Below, piece by piece: positions 27,139-41,070 of a stretch of DNA of 64,000 bases (its first letter is position 1; each line of letters starts with the position of its first letter). The notes beneath the pieces are model-generated. The model made no database searches, had not been told where the DNA came from, and was given only the letters and a program-made list of their open reading frames with translations. Source of the stretch: the human T2T-CHM13v2.0 reference genome, Homo sapiens. The position numbers and the translations under genes were made by a program. Location: NCBI RefSeq assembly GCF_009914755.1, contig NC_060944.1; one strand, 5' to 3'.

Positions 27139-27437
27139 AGAGGCAGGATCTCTCTATGTTGCCCAGGCTGGAGTGCAGTGGCTCTTCACAGATGCAATCC
27201 CACTCCTGATCAGCACATGAGTTTTTTCCTGTTCCATATCTGACCTGGGCCAGTTCACTCCTCCTTAGGCAACCTGATGGTCCCACACTCCCAGGAGGTC
27301 ACCATATCAATGCCACACTTAGTGCAGACACCCGATCAACATATTGCACTATAGCCCAGAATTCCTGGGCTCAAGCGATCCTCCTGTCTCAGCGTCTTGA
27401 GTAGCTGGGACTATAGGTATGCACCAGTGCACTTGGC
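27139..27437 (-). pseudogene. Full-length 7SL (SRP RNA) retropseudogene
   Basis: Contains the S domain absent from Alus (minus strand GGTTGCCTAAGGAGGAGTGAACTGGCCCAGGTCAG...CTGATCAG..GTGGGAT); poly-A tail 27116-27137; TSD AGAG(CC/TT)AGGTTTT. Possibly the annotated RN7SL607P (from memory, unverified). Confidence 0.95.
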
Positions 27438-27470
27438 AGAGTTAGGTTTTAAAAGTGTATTTGCCACAAA

Positions 27471-27842
27471 GCCTTCTTATTAGGCCCTAGAAGCTGTGTG
27501 CTTTCCTGGCCCTTTTCCTACAAAGGCTCCACCCTGAAGCCAGTAATCCAATTAAGAAACTGGCAAATGAAAAACCTTACAACTACTGGATCTTCTGTCT
27601 GTCTGTCTGTCTGTCTATTTATGTGTTGTGTGTGTGATATTTATATATAAAAGAGCTCTAATTGGCTTAGAAAAAATAAGCGCTTATATCATATTTTGTC
27701 AGAAAAATAGAAACTTTAATGCCTCTTATTCACATGACTTTAGTAACCTGGAAATAAAGACAGTTTTAAAGATTATTGGTAAAATTAAAATGTCTTCAAA
27801 ATGTAGACATTTGGTCTAAATTAAAGTCAAACATCAGATTTG
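27471..27842 (+). mobile_element. ERV1 (MER4-group) internal-like fragment fused to the 5' end of an L1
   Basis: aaaggctccaccctgaagccagtaatccaattaagaaact...aaaagagctctaattggcttagaaaaaataagcgctta resembles MER4-group internal sequence; not L1; inside the L1 TSD. Confidence 0.65.
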
Positions 27843-29000
27843 CCTCATCTCTCAACTTATACAAAAATCAACTCAAGATGGAGCAAAGACTTAAATCTAA
27901 GACCTAAAACCATAAAAATTCTAGAAGATAACATCAGAAAAACCCTTCTAGACATTGGCTTAGGCAAAGACTTCATGACCAAGAACCCAAAAGCAAATGC
28001 AACAAAAACAAAGATAAATAGATGGGACTTAATTAAACTAAAAAGCTTCTGCACAGCAAAAGAAATAATCAGCAGAGTTAACAGACAACCTACAGAGTGG
28101 GAGGAAATCTTCACAATCTATACATCCAACAAAGGACTAATGCCCAGAATCTACAAAGAACTCAAACAAATCAGCAAGAAAAAAACAAACAATCCCATCC
28201 AAATGTGGGCTAAGTATATGAATAGACAATTCTCAAAAGAAGATACAAATGGCCAACAAGCATATGGAAAAATGCTCAACATCACTAATGATCAGGAAAA
28301 TGCAAATCCAAACTACAATGTGACACCACCTTACTCTTGCAAGAATGGCCATAATCAAAAAATTTTAAAAAAATAGATGTTGGTGTAGACTTGGTGAAAA
28401 GGGCACACTTTTACACTGTTGGTGGGAATGTAATAAACTAGTACAACCACTGTGAAAAACACTGTGGAGATTCCTTAAAGAACTAAAATTAGAACTACCA
28501 TTTGATCCAGCAATTCCACTCCTGGGTATCTACCCAGAGGAAAAGAAGTCATTATATGAAAAAGATACTTGCACACTCATGTTTATAGCAGCACAATTTG
28601 CAATTGCAAAAATATGGAACCAGCCCAAATGCCCATCAATCAACAAATGAACAAAGAAAATACTACTTGGCCATAAAAACGAAGGAAATAATGCAACCTG
28701 GATGGAATTGGAGACTATTATTCTAAGTGAAGTAACTCAGGAATGGAGAAACCAAACATCGTATGTTCTCACTCATAAGTGGGAGCTAAGCTATGAGGAC
28801 GCAAAGGCATAAGAGTGATACAATGGACTTTGGAGACGCAGGGTAAAGGGTGGGAGGGGGGTGAAGGATAAAAGACTACACATTGGGTACAGTGTACACT
28901 GCTCGGGTGATGGGTGCACCAAAATCTCAGAAATCACTTCTGAAGAACTTATTCATGTAACCAAACACCACCTGCTCCCCATAAACTTATTGAACTTTTT
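27843..29000 (+). mobile_element. 5'-truncated L1PB (ORF2 C-terminus plus 3' UTR)
   Basis: ORF 27840-28376 is L1 ORF2 ([23 protein letters not shown]) with a frameshift; L1PB-type 3' UTR; TSD AAAAGT(G/A)TATTTGCCACAAA at 27451 and 29002. Confidence 0.93.
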
Positions 29001-29689
29001 TAAAAGTATATTTGCCACAAAAAAGCTGTGTGACATATTTCCAAGTTTCCTGTGGTTTACACAAAGAAGCAAGTCTCTTGAAACATTGACATAAAATGGC
29101 ACTAGGATTGTCCTGGCAGTGTAAGTTATCAGACAGAACAATTATATGCTTTCAAATCCAAGAGCAAGATTTGGCAGGAATAAGTTAAAAGTTATATACG
29201 AACTCTTTTTTGTTTGCATAATTCCCTCTGTGCTTCTCCTGCCTTTGACAGTGAAGCTCCGGCCCAGTCAGAGCATTGGCTTAGCAGAAGTCATAAACAG
29301 TTCCCAAGCTGCTACTTAATGTACAGGGCTTTGGGGTATTGAGAGGTGATTGTGGTATGGAACCTAGCGTGACCTGGATTGGGAGAGGGAATTTTACGTG
29401 CAGTGTCCTCCCGGGAAGACAACAGTTAAGTGTAGCATGTTACACTGTGTTGGATGAAACCCAAATCCAGTCTGTGGTTTGACAGTTTCAGAGTAACCTA
29501 CAATGTGTGGCAATATGCTGAAATTACTTTTCAGGACAGAAAGCTGGCCTGAGAAAGAGACTCTGGGCTCCAAACTGCTTGTCACAGGAAAATAATAAAT
29601 TTGGACAACATGCAAAGTTCAAATCACCTGGGTATGATATAGGGGACAGGGCAGGACCAGGAAGATCACATTCAGAGTGCTTTCGACAA

Positions 29690-29815
29690 TGGGCTCCAGA
29701 ATCACAAAGCCTGGATCTGAATCTGGAGCTTTGCCACTTATGAACTTGGGCAGATACTGAAACCCTCTGAGTTCAGCTGCCTCATCTTTTACATGGGCAT
29801 TTTACATGGTGAGGA
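29690..29815. mobile_element. MIR
   Basis: cctggatctgaatc..gctttgccactta..accctctgagttcagctgcctcatct. Confidence 0.65.
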
Positions 29816-29839
29816 AAAGAGAAGCTATATTATGCTGGT

Positions 29840-30275
29840 ATTTCTCCACTTGCTTTCCCTGAGTCCACTTTCTGCCTTTCTCTGTCCTGTTCTGTGCCCA
29901 GGAGACTGACCTCTCCTGTCAGAATCCCCCAGGCTCCCCTGCCTGCCAGTTGGGTGTGGCCAATAGGAGCTGCTCCAGTGAGATTGGAAGGTGGCACAAA
30001 AGCGAGGTCAGGGATATGGATGCCTTTCTCCCTCCCAGCTCTATCTGTGCACACCACCTTCCAGCCCAGCCTCTGCATGTAGCTGTGTTCCTTTACAGCC
30101 GTGTTCTTGGCAAATGGCTCCTCTTCTCTGACTCCAGCTCTCACTAGACTATCTCTTCCCTCGCTCCTTCAGGCTGTTGCTATTTCCTGGGAGCTTCACC
30201 GTCCCTTAGCCCTACCCTCATGTCTGTGAATGTCCTTCACCGGCCTCTTTGAGTGCCACTTGTTACCTGCTGTGG
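29840..30275. mobile_element. Old ERVL-type LTR (LTR33-like)
   Basis: Similar by eye to 51190-51660 (tggccaat(a/g)g...ag..ga). Confidence 0.45.
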
Positions 30276-31137
30276 AGGCAGACACATGCAGCACAGAGCT
30301 GCTGGGAGAATTAAATCAACGTTCCTCTGAAGCACTTGGCATGTGACCCAGAACTTCAGAGGTGCTTTGGAAATGTGAATTGTGGGTGCTGTTATCAAAG
30401 CATCTCCCATTGTCCTTGGAGGCCTCACTGGTGGGTGACAAATGCAGGGTGGATTTAGAAGGAAGCGAGGGAGGGTGATGATCTTGGAGCGTCCTCGTAT
30501 AAATGGGACCAAAGCACAGGATCTCAAAAGCCTGTGGGATTAGAGGCAACATTGTAGGAGCTCAATCCCGGCACTCTGGGCACTGTGTCAAAACAATTAG
30601 TGCAAATAGAGTTTGGCATGGAGTGGGGAGACTTAAAGGTGACAGGGCACAATGCATAACTTGATTTATGAAGAAAAGCCCAACCAAGATGTTTAGAATT
30701 AAAAATTCACCTTCTAATGCATACCTTAGAATCATGTTGTCTTTATTCTTACCCTGGGACAGTGGAAAATCCAGCAGAAACCACCAAGTAGAGGCTTCTG
30801 CTCTCTAAAATACACAAACACTTTTAGTAATCCCTTGCTAGATCAACTTAGTTTTCCAGAAACACTTTTTGGGAGATGATCTTATGGCTGTGGTAATAAT
30901 GGGCACATGGAAATAAGATGTGTGAAACGGCCAGCCCTCAGAAAGCCTTAGTGTATACTGGGCAACAGAAAACAAATCCACATCAGTCACCTGCTGCCAT
31001 ATTTTTTCAACACTTGGTATGGAATGTGCGTATATTTGCAGTGTGATTGCCATGTAAGATATGACAGGATTGAAACCAAATCACTGGTACAAGTCGTAGG
31101 GTCTGAAGTATCATTCAGATTCACTAGTTTTAAAAGG

Positions 31138-31595
<458 letters not shown>

Positions 31596-33457
31596 TCAGC
31601 TGTATTTCCGGAACTGGAGCAAGAATCAGTGTTGAGAGGTAAGGGGAGAAGTTCCGTAAAGATAGATTCAGCATCTCAGAGATTTCAAAGGAAGGTCACC
31701 TGTTTGTTTGCCAAGGTAGGGGGAAAGTAGGACTGCACAAAGGTTCTACTGAAAAAAAAATTATTTAAATAAAGGTGAAAAATTACCACCCACTCACTCT
31801 GCTTACCTTGTGTCAAGCAGGAAACCAGGTTCATGGCAGATGACAAACACCCAGTTTTCTGAGTCAGTATTCTGTAGTATTCTTTTATTTTTAAATTAAA
31901 ATCATGAATAGTCATGAATGAAGGGACTTGATTTTAGGCCTTTGAGGGGAGAAAAACAGTCAACCATATGTCTGAGTTTTAAAAATTGTAACATCAAAGG
32001 TTTTGAAGAAAGTTTCAGAGAGAGAAAGAGAGAAAATATAGATAGAAAACAGTTTCCTGAGTAGATGTGCGTTTTAATTTTGGCTTCTGGCTCAGTCTCT
32101 TAGCAGTTATAGGATTAGGATTTGGGGCAAATTCTTTCTCTTCGCCCAAGTTTCCTGAAATGCACCATGGGGACAATGATAAAGGCTCGCTCTGGGTGCA
32201 GGAAGAATGCCTAATGTGGCTCGGCATATAGAAAGGGCTCAATGCATAATCCCGACTATCAGTGTTCTTGTTGCTGCTATGGTTACAGTCTCCTCCCCCC
32301 ATGTTAACTGTAGACCCTCTGGCCCTCACATTTTGAGCGTCACCACGCTGCCAGTAAAGGAAATGGCCTGAAACCCTGTTCTCCGATATTGTTCAGGACA
32401 TAGTAGCCTGTACTCACTGCCTGTTTACTCAAGCGAAAGGGCTCAGACTGCTTCCTCTAACGGTTGCAGAGAAGGGCTGAAGCTTTGTCAGCTGAGCCTT
32501 TGAGATCTGGCTGGCTGTGAATGAATAATTAAACTCCTGCCAATGCAAAGGTACTGTGTAAATTCCTTAAAGCGGCCTCCTGTTTTCTCTGTCGTGCTCC
32601 TGGCTCACCCCCGTCATCCGATGTGTTGTTATTTAGCCAGAAGCCTGAGTTTCAAGGCTCAGACGCCACCCTTTCCCTTGTCAGCTGTTTCTCAATAGTA
32701 GTTGTGTGTTAGCTTTGCCAGGGAGGCCCTGGCCACCACAGACCCGGCTGAGAGGGGCTGGATAGGGGCCCACTCGAGCTAAGTGCAGCCAGTTCCTGTC
32801 TTAGCGGATTGCAGGAAGAGCCACTCCAGCAGAACACAAAACAGAGGAGACAGCAAGGGCCTTTTCTGCATATTGATACCCTCATGGAAGGAGGGAAGGA
32901 GAGCCACAGTCCTGTGGAAAACTTGGCCTATTTGTATAACATCCTGCTACTGGAGGGCCAGAATTCATGGGTGGAGAGGTACTTTAAAACAAACAAAGAG
33001 CCACTCCTGAAAGTGTGCTAGGATTGAACAGAGGCCAAGTCAAATCCCAGCGTGTTCAGGAGACATTAAGTGTGTTTCCTGTCTCTACCCATCAGCGGTG
33101 CCATAAAATATTTCTCCAGGATTTTTGAATCCTAGGATGACTGGTTCTCAGCACAGATTCCCAAAGCTCAGCCTCATAGGCCGTTCAAGTGGAATCACAC
33201 ACAAATAGCTCAGCTGTGCAGAGAAAAGAGCGCCTCTTTTATTGTTTGACCTTGATCCTGAGCCTCCTCCCACCTGCGAGCAAGAGGAAACAATTACCTT
33301 CTAAATCTGCCATCTAGTCATTTAATCATCCTATGAGGCAATGCTCAGTCTTTAAGATTTTTGTGTGTTCTGTATCTTTCCCAGAATGTTTTGCAAGATG
33401 GCTTTTGGCTGGATGGGAGATCAATGGCTTATATGGCAGAGAAGAAAATATGGGGTC

Positions 33458-33882
33458 TGCCATGGCTTGGACATTTGACCCCTCCAAATCTCATGTTGAA
33501 ATTTGATCCCCAGTGTTGGATGTGGAGCCTAATGGGAGATGTTTGGGTCATGGGGGTGGATCTCTCATGAGCAGCTTGGTATCCTCTTTGAGGTAATGAG
33601 TAAATTTTTGCTCTTTTAGTTCCCATAAGAGCTGGTTCTTAACAAGAGCCTGGCACCACCTCTCTCTCTTGCTCCCTCTTTCCTCATGTGATCTCCACAC
33701 ACACTGGCTCCTCTTCCCCTTCCTCCATGATTGGAAGCCTCCTGAAGCCCTTACGAGATGCTGATGCCAGCACAATGCTTCTTTTCCAGCCTGTAGAACT
33801 GTGAGCCAAATAAACCTCTGTTTTCTTTATAAATTACCCAGGCTCAGCTATTCCTTTATAGCAACACAAATGGACTAAGACA
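33458..33882 (+). mobile_element. MST (MSTB-like) MaLR solo LTR
   Basis: TG...CA ends, ccaaatctcatgttgaaatt, aattacccag..tcag..attcctttatagcaacacaaatggactaagaca; 5-bp TSD GGGTC/GGATC. Confidence 0.92.
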
Positions 33883-34264
33883 GGATCCTTGGGGATGGTG
33901 TCCTTCAGCCTCCTCCTGGGGCGATGGCCCTTATGCCTCTGAATCCTAGCTACCTTGCTGGTCTTTTGGCCAACCGTCTGTGGCTAGAGAACTCATGGTC
34001 TGTCTCATGCCCACAGGGATTGGTAGCCGACTTCCCGTGACTGACCAGCCTCTCATTAGCTCTGCCTGACTGCAGACCCTCCAGCCCTGACAAGTCCTCC
34101 AGCAGCTCGTTGGCCTGAGCACCCACTCCTGCCTCTGCTAAGGTATCACCCCTTCCCACTTAGCAGGCCCCAGGGCAGTCCTTGACTCAGAGCCGGAGAG
34201 GCAGAGGACCCATGAGGAGCCTGGGAAAACTACCTCAGGGCTTCCCCTCCCTAGCCACAGTGAT

Positions 34265-34490
34265 GCAGCTGAGACCCTGGCACAAGTATGTGAGTGCAAG
34301 TAGTTTATTTGAGAGGTGATGCTGGAAAATGTGGTAGGGAATGAAGAAGCGAACAGGGAAAGGAGACGCCATTAGAGCTTACATTATCAAGCAAATTGCT
34401 ACTGTGAGCACCTGGAACTTAATGCCATCCCCACTCCTCCCGGGAGGACTCTGGGAAACCATATAGAACATGTCTCAGAATTGTGGGCAT
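34265..34490 (-). mobile_element. ERVL-type LTR fragment (LTR16-like)
   Basis: gagaccctg..gagtgcaagtagtttatttgagaggtgat. Confidence 0.55.
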
Positions 34491-35056
34491 GTTAATAACT
34501 CGTAAAGTTAACTATGAAGGTTAAATGGAATTTGCATGCAAAGCAGTTAGCATACAACCTAGCACATAAGGGCTCAGGAATCATATGCTGTTCCTTGTTC
34601 CCCACAAAACCTCCTGCCCCCCAAACTCCTTCTTGCCAGTTCTTTCCATGGCTTCTTTGGTTCTTAATTTTTCTTAGATTTTCTCTTATGGCTTTAACCA
34701 CTTCTTTCTGTCTTTCACCCATTTTTATTTTTACTCTCTGAACTGAAGGCAGGTATCCCCCAAGGTCCAGGCTTAAGCTTTTGGCTTTTTCCCTGCTAAG
34801 TGAATTCTTCCACATACAGAGTTAATAGGAAAAAAAATACTCAAGACTCTTTGAACACAAATCCATAGAAGTACCCTTGGGATATATGTTCCATCCCACC
34901 CCCAGGCAGGGGACAGACACTGTCCATGTTAAAATAAAACTTTGTCATATGAAACGTTTTAGAAAGTGTAGTAGAAAGAGATGGATGAACATTTATAAGT
35001 TTGGTAATATGAAAGGTTGTAGGCACTGGGGTAGGTGAGTAGTCTCATACCATTTC

Positions 35057-35200
35057 AGTGGTGCGTGCCTGTAGTCCAGCTACTCAGGAGGCTGAGGTCA
35101 GAGGACTGCTTAAGACAAGGAGTTTGAGGATGCAGTGAGCTGTGATCGTGCCACTGTCAGCCTGAGCAACATAGCAAGAACTGACGAGAGAGAGAGGAGA
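35057..35200 (+). mobile_element. Alu monomer
   Basis: Right-arm-like with GA tail. Confidence 0.8.
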
Positions 35201-37294
35201 GAAAACAGATAGAAAAATGCTGATACCAGATAAGGAGAAAAGCAGGGAGCCTTCTACTTGATTAAAAGCTTGAGGTTGATGGAGGTTTTTTAGATGCTAG
35301 CTGCTAATTGAGAGAAGTGGAACTGAGAGAGATGACTCCAAATTCCACTACACAGGAAAAAAAAGATAAACTGGGAGCAGTATCTATGTCCAAGTCAGAA
35401 AAAGAGGAAAGAGGAGGAGAGGAGGGCCTCATTCCTCCTGAGACAACCTTGTGGGAATGGGAAAGGAGCAGGAGAATGACCCAGTCTGAACGACCACTTC
35501 AGGGCTCAGGGTCTAGCAGGTTACCAAAAGAGGTGTGCATAAGGGATTCTTGAGGCTTTCAACTATCTCTCCACCTGGGCCAGATGTCTGGGATCCACAG
35601 CTTCAAATTCATTTGAAGCTGAATGATGTGAATCATACTGGGAAGATACCTGGGAAATGTAACCATGCTTTCTCAGACCTAGTGACCAGCACTGTTCATG
35701 CTGAGTGGTGGAGATCAAGCATACATTAGGGAGCTTACTAGAGAACTCAGAAGAATAAGGGCAACAGGCAGATCTCAGGGCTCCCTGTACCATTCCTATG
35801 TGACGTGCCTTCCTATCCTGCCATTTTACTCTTAAGATAGCAAAAAGCAAACACAAGGTGGTCTGGGGACAGAGACAGGCACCACATCTACACTGGCACA
35901 GGACATCAACTCTGAACGAGGAACTTACACTTTGATGTTGCCTTGCCGAACTTCTCACCCCACCTCTAGGCCCTTTCAGATTTTCCTACCAGAGTGCTCT
36001 GTGTCACCTTAGACTCAGTCTATGTGATATTCAGCTTCTTTCCCAAGCCAGCCTTTCCTTACCATATCAATCTTTCTGTTGTTTGCTCCACAATTTGTCA
36101 AAATTCAGATGAGTCACTTCTACCCTAGCCTTTCTCTTTTTCTTCTCAATTGAAACTTTCATTAAAGCCTGTCTCTTCTGCCTTTGAATTTTTCTCTGAG
36201 TCATTCTGTCTTCACATTAGCATCCAGCAGCTTAGATAAGGAAGCCCGTACTGTTTAAGAGACCTTTCCTCCCCTCCAGTCTTACCCTGTCCATTGCTTT
36301 CTGCACTCTGCTGTCCATCATCCCAGCCCCTCCCTTCCCCAGAGCCTACAGCAACTTCCCACTGGCCAACTTTAGTTGAATTTCCCATATTGGAGAAATC
36401 ACTGCTCCATAGATTTTTTTCCCTTCAAATGGTCTCATATACATCTTTTCCACTGTAGTCCCCTTTAATCCCAGCACTCATCACCTGTGCACCCAGTTAC
36501 CATTGGCCTCCTTGGTTTCAATTTCTCCACTCTACCCTACATTCCACTCCTGCAAGAATCTTGCTTAAACATCATTTCACCAAGCCACACCTCAGCTCAA
36601 GAGTGCACGGTGGCTTACAGCTTCATATCACATCAGATCTAAACTGATTGATTGTTATCACCTGGCCCTGAAACCTAATTTTCCCAGCCGTCCTCACCTT
36701 TTCTCTCGTCCAAGCTGAGTTTCCCTCAACCCTCTCTGTTCTGCAAGCATCCTGTTCTTAGTCCTAGTTGTATGGCATTGCTTAGCCCTCTGCTCAGTCA
36801 AAGACGTTTAACTTCTTAAGATCTATGGGATCTTTTATGACTATCTGTCCACTCCCATCCATGCTCTATCAAGGTTAAAACTAGGGCGTTGGGAGAAACA
36901 GGTCAGATTTGATGTGGGCAGGCTGCGACTAGGAGTCCATGAAGCTCCACAGAGGAAATTGGACATCAGGGTCCTAAACACAGGCCTGAGAAAGAATCCA
37001 CTATACCAAGGATGTCCCGTGGGGCTCAGAGTGCAGGAGATAAGACCTGCCTGGGAAGCAATACCATGGCAAAAGGCTTTCAGTTCTAGGAGAGATGCAG
37101 GCATCTTGAGTTTGAAAGATGTTCAGAAGTTAGAAGTTCAGTTTATACAAAGGAAGGCCAGATAGAAAGAAGACAAAGGCAGGAGACGGTAGCAGAACCA
37201 GGAGAATGACCTGGCAGGCTGACCAGTGACCTGGGCAGGCTGACCAATGCAAAGGTCTTGCCTTTGCCATGCATGTTTTGTGCGTTTACTCAAG

Positions 37295-38335
37295 CTCTAT
37301 GGGTAGATAGTCTCCAAAGACAGCCATTCTAAGTTCCTGCTTTCACCTTTATGTCTGTCACTCTGCCATAGAAAGGTGGCATTTATTTATCCTCTCCTAG
37401 CATCTGGGCTAGCGATGTGACTGTTTTGTCCAAAGGAATATGATAGAAAATGATGATCTGGAACTTCTGAGCCCAAGCCTTAAAAGGCCTGGACACTTCT
37501 ACTTCTGAAACTGACCCACTTGTCCCATGGAATTGAAGTTTATGGTTTCTCTTGAATAAACAGAAATTAGCCCTCCCAGTCTTAAAATTTGAGAAAGTTA
37601 CATTTGTCTTATCTGAGTTCCTTTTCCAGAAAACCAACCACCAGGACTCCCAGATAGTATCAAGAAACTGAAACTCACCAGATCACTGCCTCTGGACCAT
37701 GAGATGTCAGATCCCTCACCTGTCACGATTGCCTAACTGACCACCTGCTTCCTGTTGACCATCTCCTCTTCCCTACCCTCCTTAGTTCTTGTTTTCCCAT
37801 ACATTGTTACATTTCTTCCTTGCTCTATAAACCTCTAATTACAGTCAGTTGGGGAGATGGATGTGGGACTGATCTCCCATCTCCTTGGCTGCAGCACCCA
37901 ATTAAACCTTCTTTCCTGGCAATACTCATTGTCTCAGTGATTGGCTTTCTGTGTGGTGAGCAGCAGGACGTAGGCCAAACCCCTGGTATTTCAGTAACAT
38001 TTCCTTCTTGGAACACAGTCCCATATTGTAAGGAACCCAACCCACATGGAGAGGCCAGGTGGAAGAGAGTGGAGGCACTCAGTCTATGGTCCCAGCTTAG
38101 TTCCCAACTAACAGCCAGCATCAACCACCAGCCATGTAAGCTCTCCACTGTGGACATTCAGCTCAGCCAAGGCCCCACCCAGTTGACTAGAGTCCCACCT
38201 GACATCACATGCAAAAGAGCTACCCAGGTGAGCCAAGTCAGCCTATACAGTTAGAAAGAAAATAAAATGATTGTTGTTTCTAAGATGCTAAGTTTTGAGG
38301 TGGTTTGTTTTTGTGCAACATATGATTGAAACAGA
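37295..38335 (+). mobile_element. MLT1 LTR split by a younger ERV1 LTR
   Basis: MLT1-like 37295-37505 and 38000-38335 (ends tgttgtttctaag..ctaagttttgaggtggtttgtt). Confidence 0.75.
37506..37999 (+). mobile_element. ERV1 solo LTR (MER39-like)
   Basis: TGAAAC...TAACA ends, 4-bp TSD CTTC/TTTC; related copy inverted at 60747-61184. Confidence 0.75.
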
Positions 38336-38899
38336 CCTTCAATAAATGTCTTGGCTTCTAGTGAAGACTTTTTTTGTCATCATTTATGACCTAATATGTT
38401 AGGAATCCAGAAGGCAGGATATCTGATGCTCTCGTGGGGCACTCATCCCTCGAGGATTTGGGTTGATACTGATAATTCTCTTTTCTGCTAAGTGCAACAC
38501 AGATGAGCTCACCTATCTACAGGTTTTGGTTATATTCCATTTAGCACTTTATTTTAAGTTACCAAAGTTCCCTATTTTATGGGCAAATCTCATAATAAGC
38601 CCACATTTGTATATTTTTCTCTCCTATCACTTAATGCAAAGTAGAAGTGCAACACATATTGCTGAATTCAACATTCATTTCCAAATATTCCTGCATGCAT
38701 GTGGGACTATCTTAAATATAGCTCATGTGACCAAACAATAACATCCATTGTCATTCAGCCTTATGTGGAACATGTTAACTATTTAAAACTTCCTTGGAAA
38801 ATAAAAAAACCACAAACACACACTCAAAGTGCTAAAAATGTGTGAAGATAAATTTGAAAGAAAACAAGATCTTTTTAAGAATTTTTTTTTTTTTTTTTA

Positions 38900-39222
<323 letters not shown>

Positions 39223-40249
39223 TTAAATCTTGTAGAGATGGGCACTATGTTGCTCAGGCTGGTCTCAAACTCATGGCCTCAAGTGATCCTCTTACCTCTG
39301 TCTCCCAAAGCACTGGGATTACAGGCATGAGGTACCCGACCTGTCCAGGCTAGGTTATTTTAATTTACAGAGATTCAGAGGAGTGAAAATGAATAACAGC
39401 AAGTAACTATGAGTCAAAATCTGGTCCAGGAAGGAAAGGAACCTTGATTTATTTCTAATGCCAACATACATATTAATAAAAGCTTCAAACATTAAATGTG
39501 TTTTTCAGTGTTGTATGTGTTTCCTGTGCTCATGTGCCCGAGAGGGGGTTCAACTTTGAAATGAAGCCCCATGCAACACAAACGAGGCCATTGAGATGCC
39601 ACAGATTTGCCTGAGGGCATTTAAATGCCTTCAAATGTTGTCTTTCTGGAATCAAAATATAGTTAGAGGTTATTATGTTGCCAGCATGGGAGTGTTAGAA
39701 TTTTTGGCTTATGGAGACTTAATATGGAAGCTGGGCAGGATAAGGATTGAGACATAAGGAGCGATGATCAACTGATTCTAAACGCACTGCAACCATTCAT
39801 GAGGTAAGAGACCAGCAGTTTCTGTTACAATAAAAATCAGCATACTCTTGAACTTACGAATCAGAATTAGGGATGACTGAACCTGTTTGGTCAAAGAACA
39901 CGCCATTCTTTAAGCCAAAACCTAATGCTTTGCTGAAGAGATCTCCCTGCCTTGAGGATCAAGGTATGGCTCCTGATGGCCGTAAACTATTGGAAAGTCA
40001 AAATCAGTATCTCTGGTTCCTCGTCATTTAAGGAAATCTCAGATGTAAGGAAAATGGGGTTTATATAGTATTAAAGCTGTTTAAAATAGGCTCTGTGGTG
40101 TAGTCTGGAAAAAGTGACTAGAGTACAAAGAGACTCATATTTCTGAGGCTCTGCAGCCAGGGAATTTCATTGTTAGAATTAGGATTACATACAGCATAAG
40201 AGGGAACGAATAAGGGTGAGAGGCGGCTTGTGGAGGTGACGAGTGTGCT

Positions 40250-41070
40250 TTGGGTCAAGATGGCTTGGTTTCCACAAACCAGTGTTGTGATCTTGGGTAG
40301 GTAAACTACCTACTGTACTGAGCCTGTTTTTACATTTATAAAGCTAGAAAATGATGACAATATCTGACCTGCTTACCTCACATGATGTTATAAGGTTCCA
40401 CTGAGATAATCCATGATAAAACATGTCAGAAACAAAGTATGAAGCACTACAAAAATATAAGATTTCAGCTACAATATCAACCTGGAGAAACATAAACAAA
40501 AAGAGAGATGTTGGACCACTGTGCAAATCAAATAATTGAATGAATAAATGAATATATGATTGATGTCATGGTGCATATATATTAAAGTGAGTCATGGAAA
40601 TTTACAAACGATTTCGAGGTAAACTTGATATGTAAATTATGTCTTCAGAATACATGGATAAGCTTTATTGGGCAATTGGGATTTTGGAGACTGGAAGGAA
40701 AGAAAGAAAGGAGGATGAATGGATGAAAGGGAAAGAGGGAAGTCATATCAAATTAGCCAGAGTGCAGGAGACATTGCAGGCAATATATACGAAGATTAGG
40801 AAGAGATGATTGGCAGACTCAAGGGACAGGTTGAGGAACAGAAGACAACAGGACACTGGGCCAACTGTAAGCAACCAGGTGCTGTTCCTACTTATTTAAG
40901 TCTTACAAACCACCCCATGAGGTAGGTATTATAATCCCCACTTTACAGAATGGGGAGGAGGAAACAGGCTCAGAGAGCCTTATCTGGCTTAAGGATATAC
41001 ATTAGTAGATGGAACTTATATAAAAACTCAGATCTTTCTGAAGTCCAAGCTTCTGTTCTTTCTTCTACGT
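40250..41070. mobile_element. Two MIR fragments (~40250-40470, ~40860-41070)
   Basis: tgtgatcttgggtagg; atgaggtaggtattataatccccactttacaga..gaggaaacaggctcagagag. Confidence 0.75.

Noticed and set aside
27139-27437. Functional 7SL RNA gene
   Set aside because: Poly-A tail, TSD, extensive CpG decay and a mutated GAAA tetraloop region indicate a retropseudogene.
27840-28376. 178-aa ORF as a gene
   Set aside because: Frameshifted L1 ORF2 C-terminal fragment with no promoter or RT domain.
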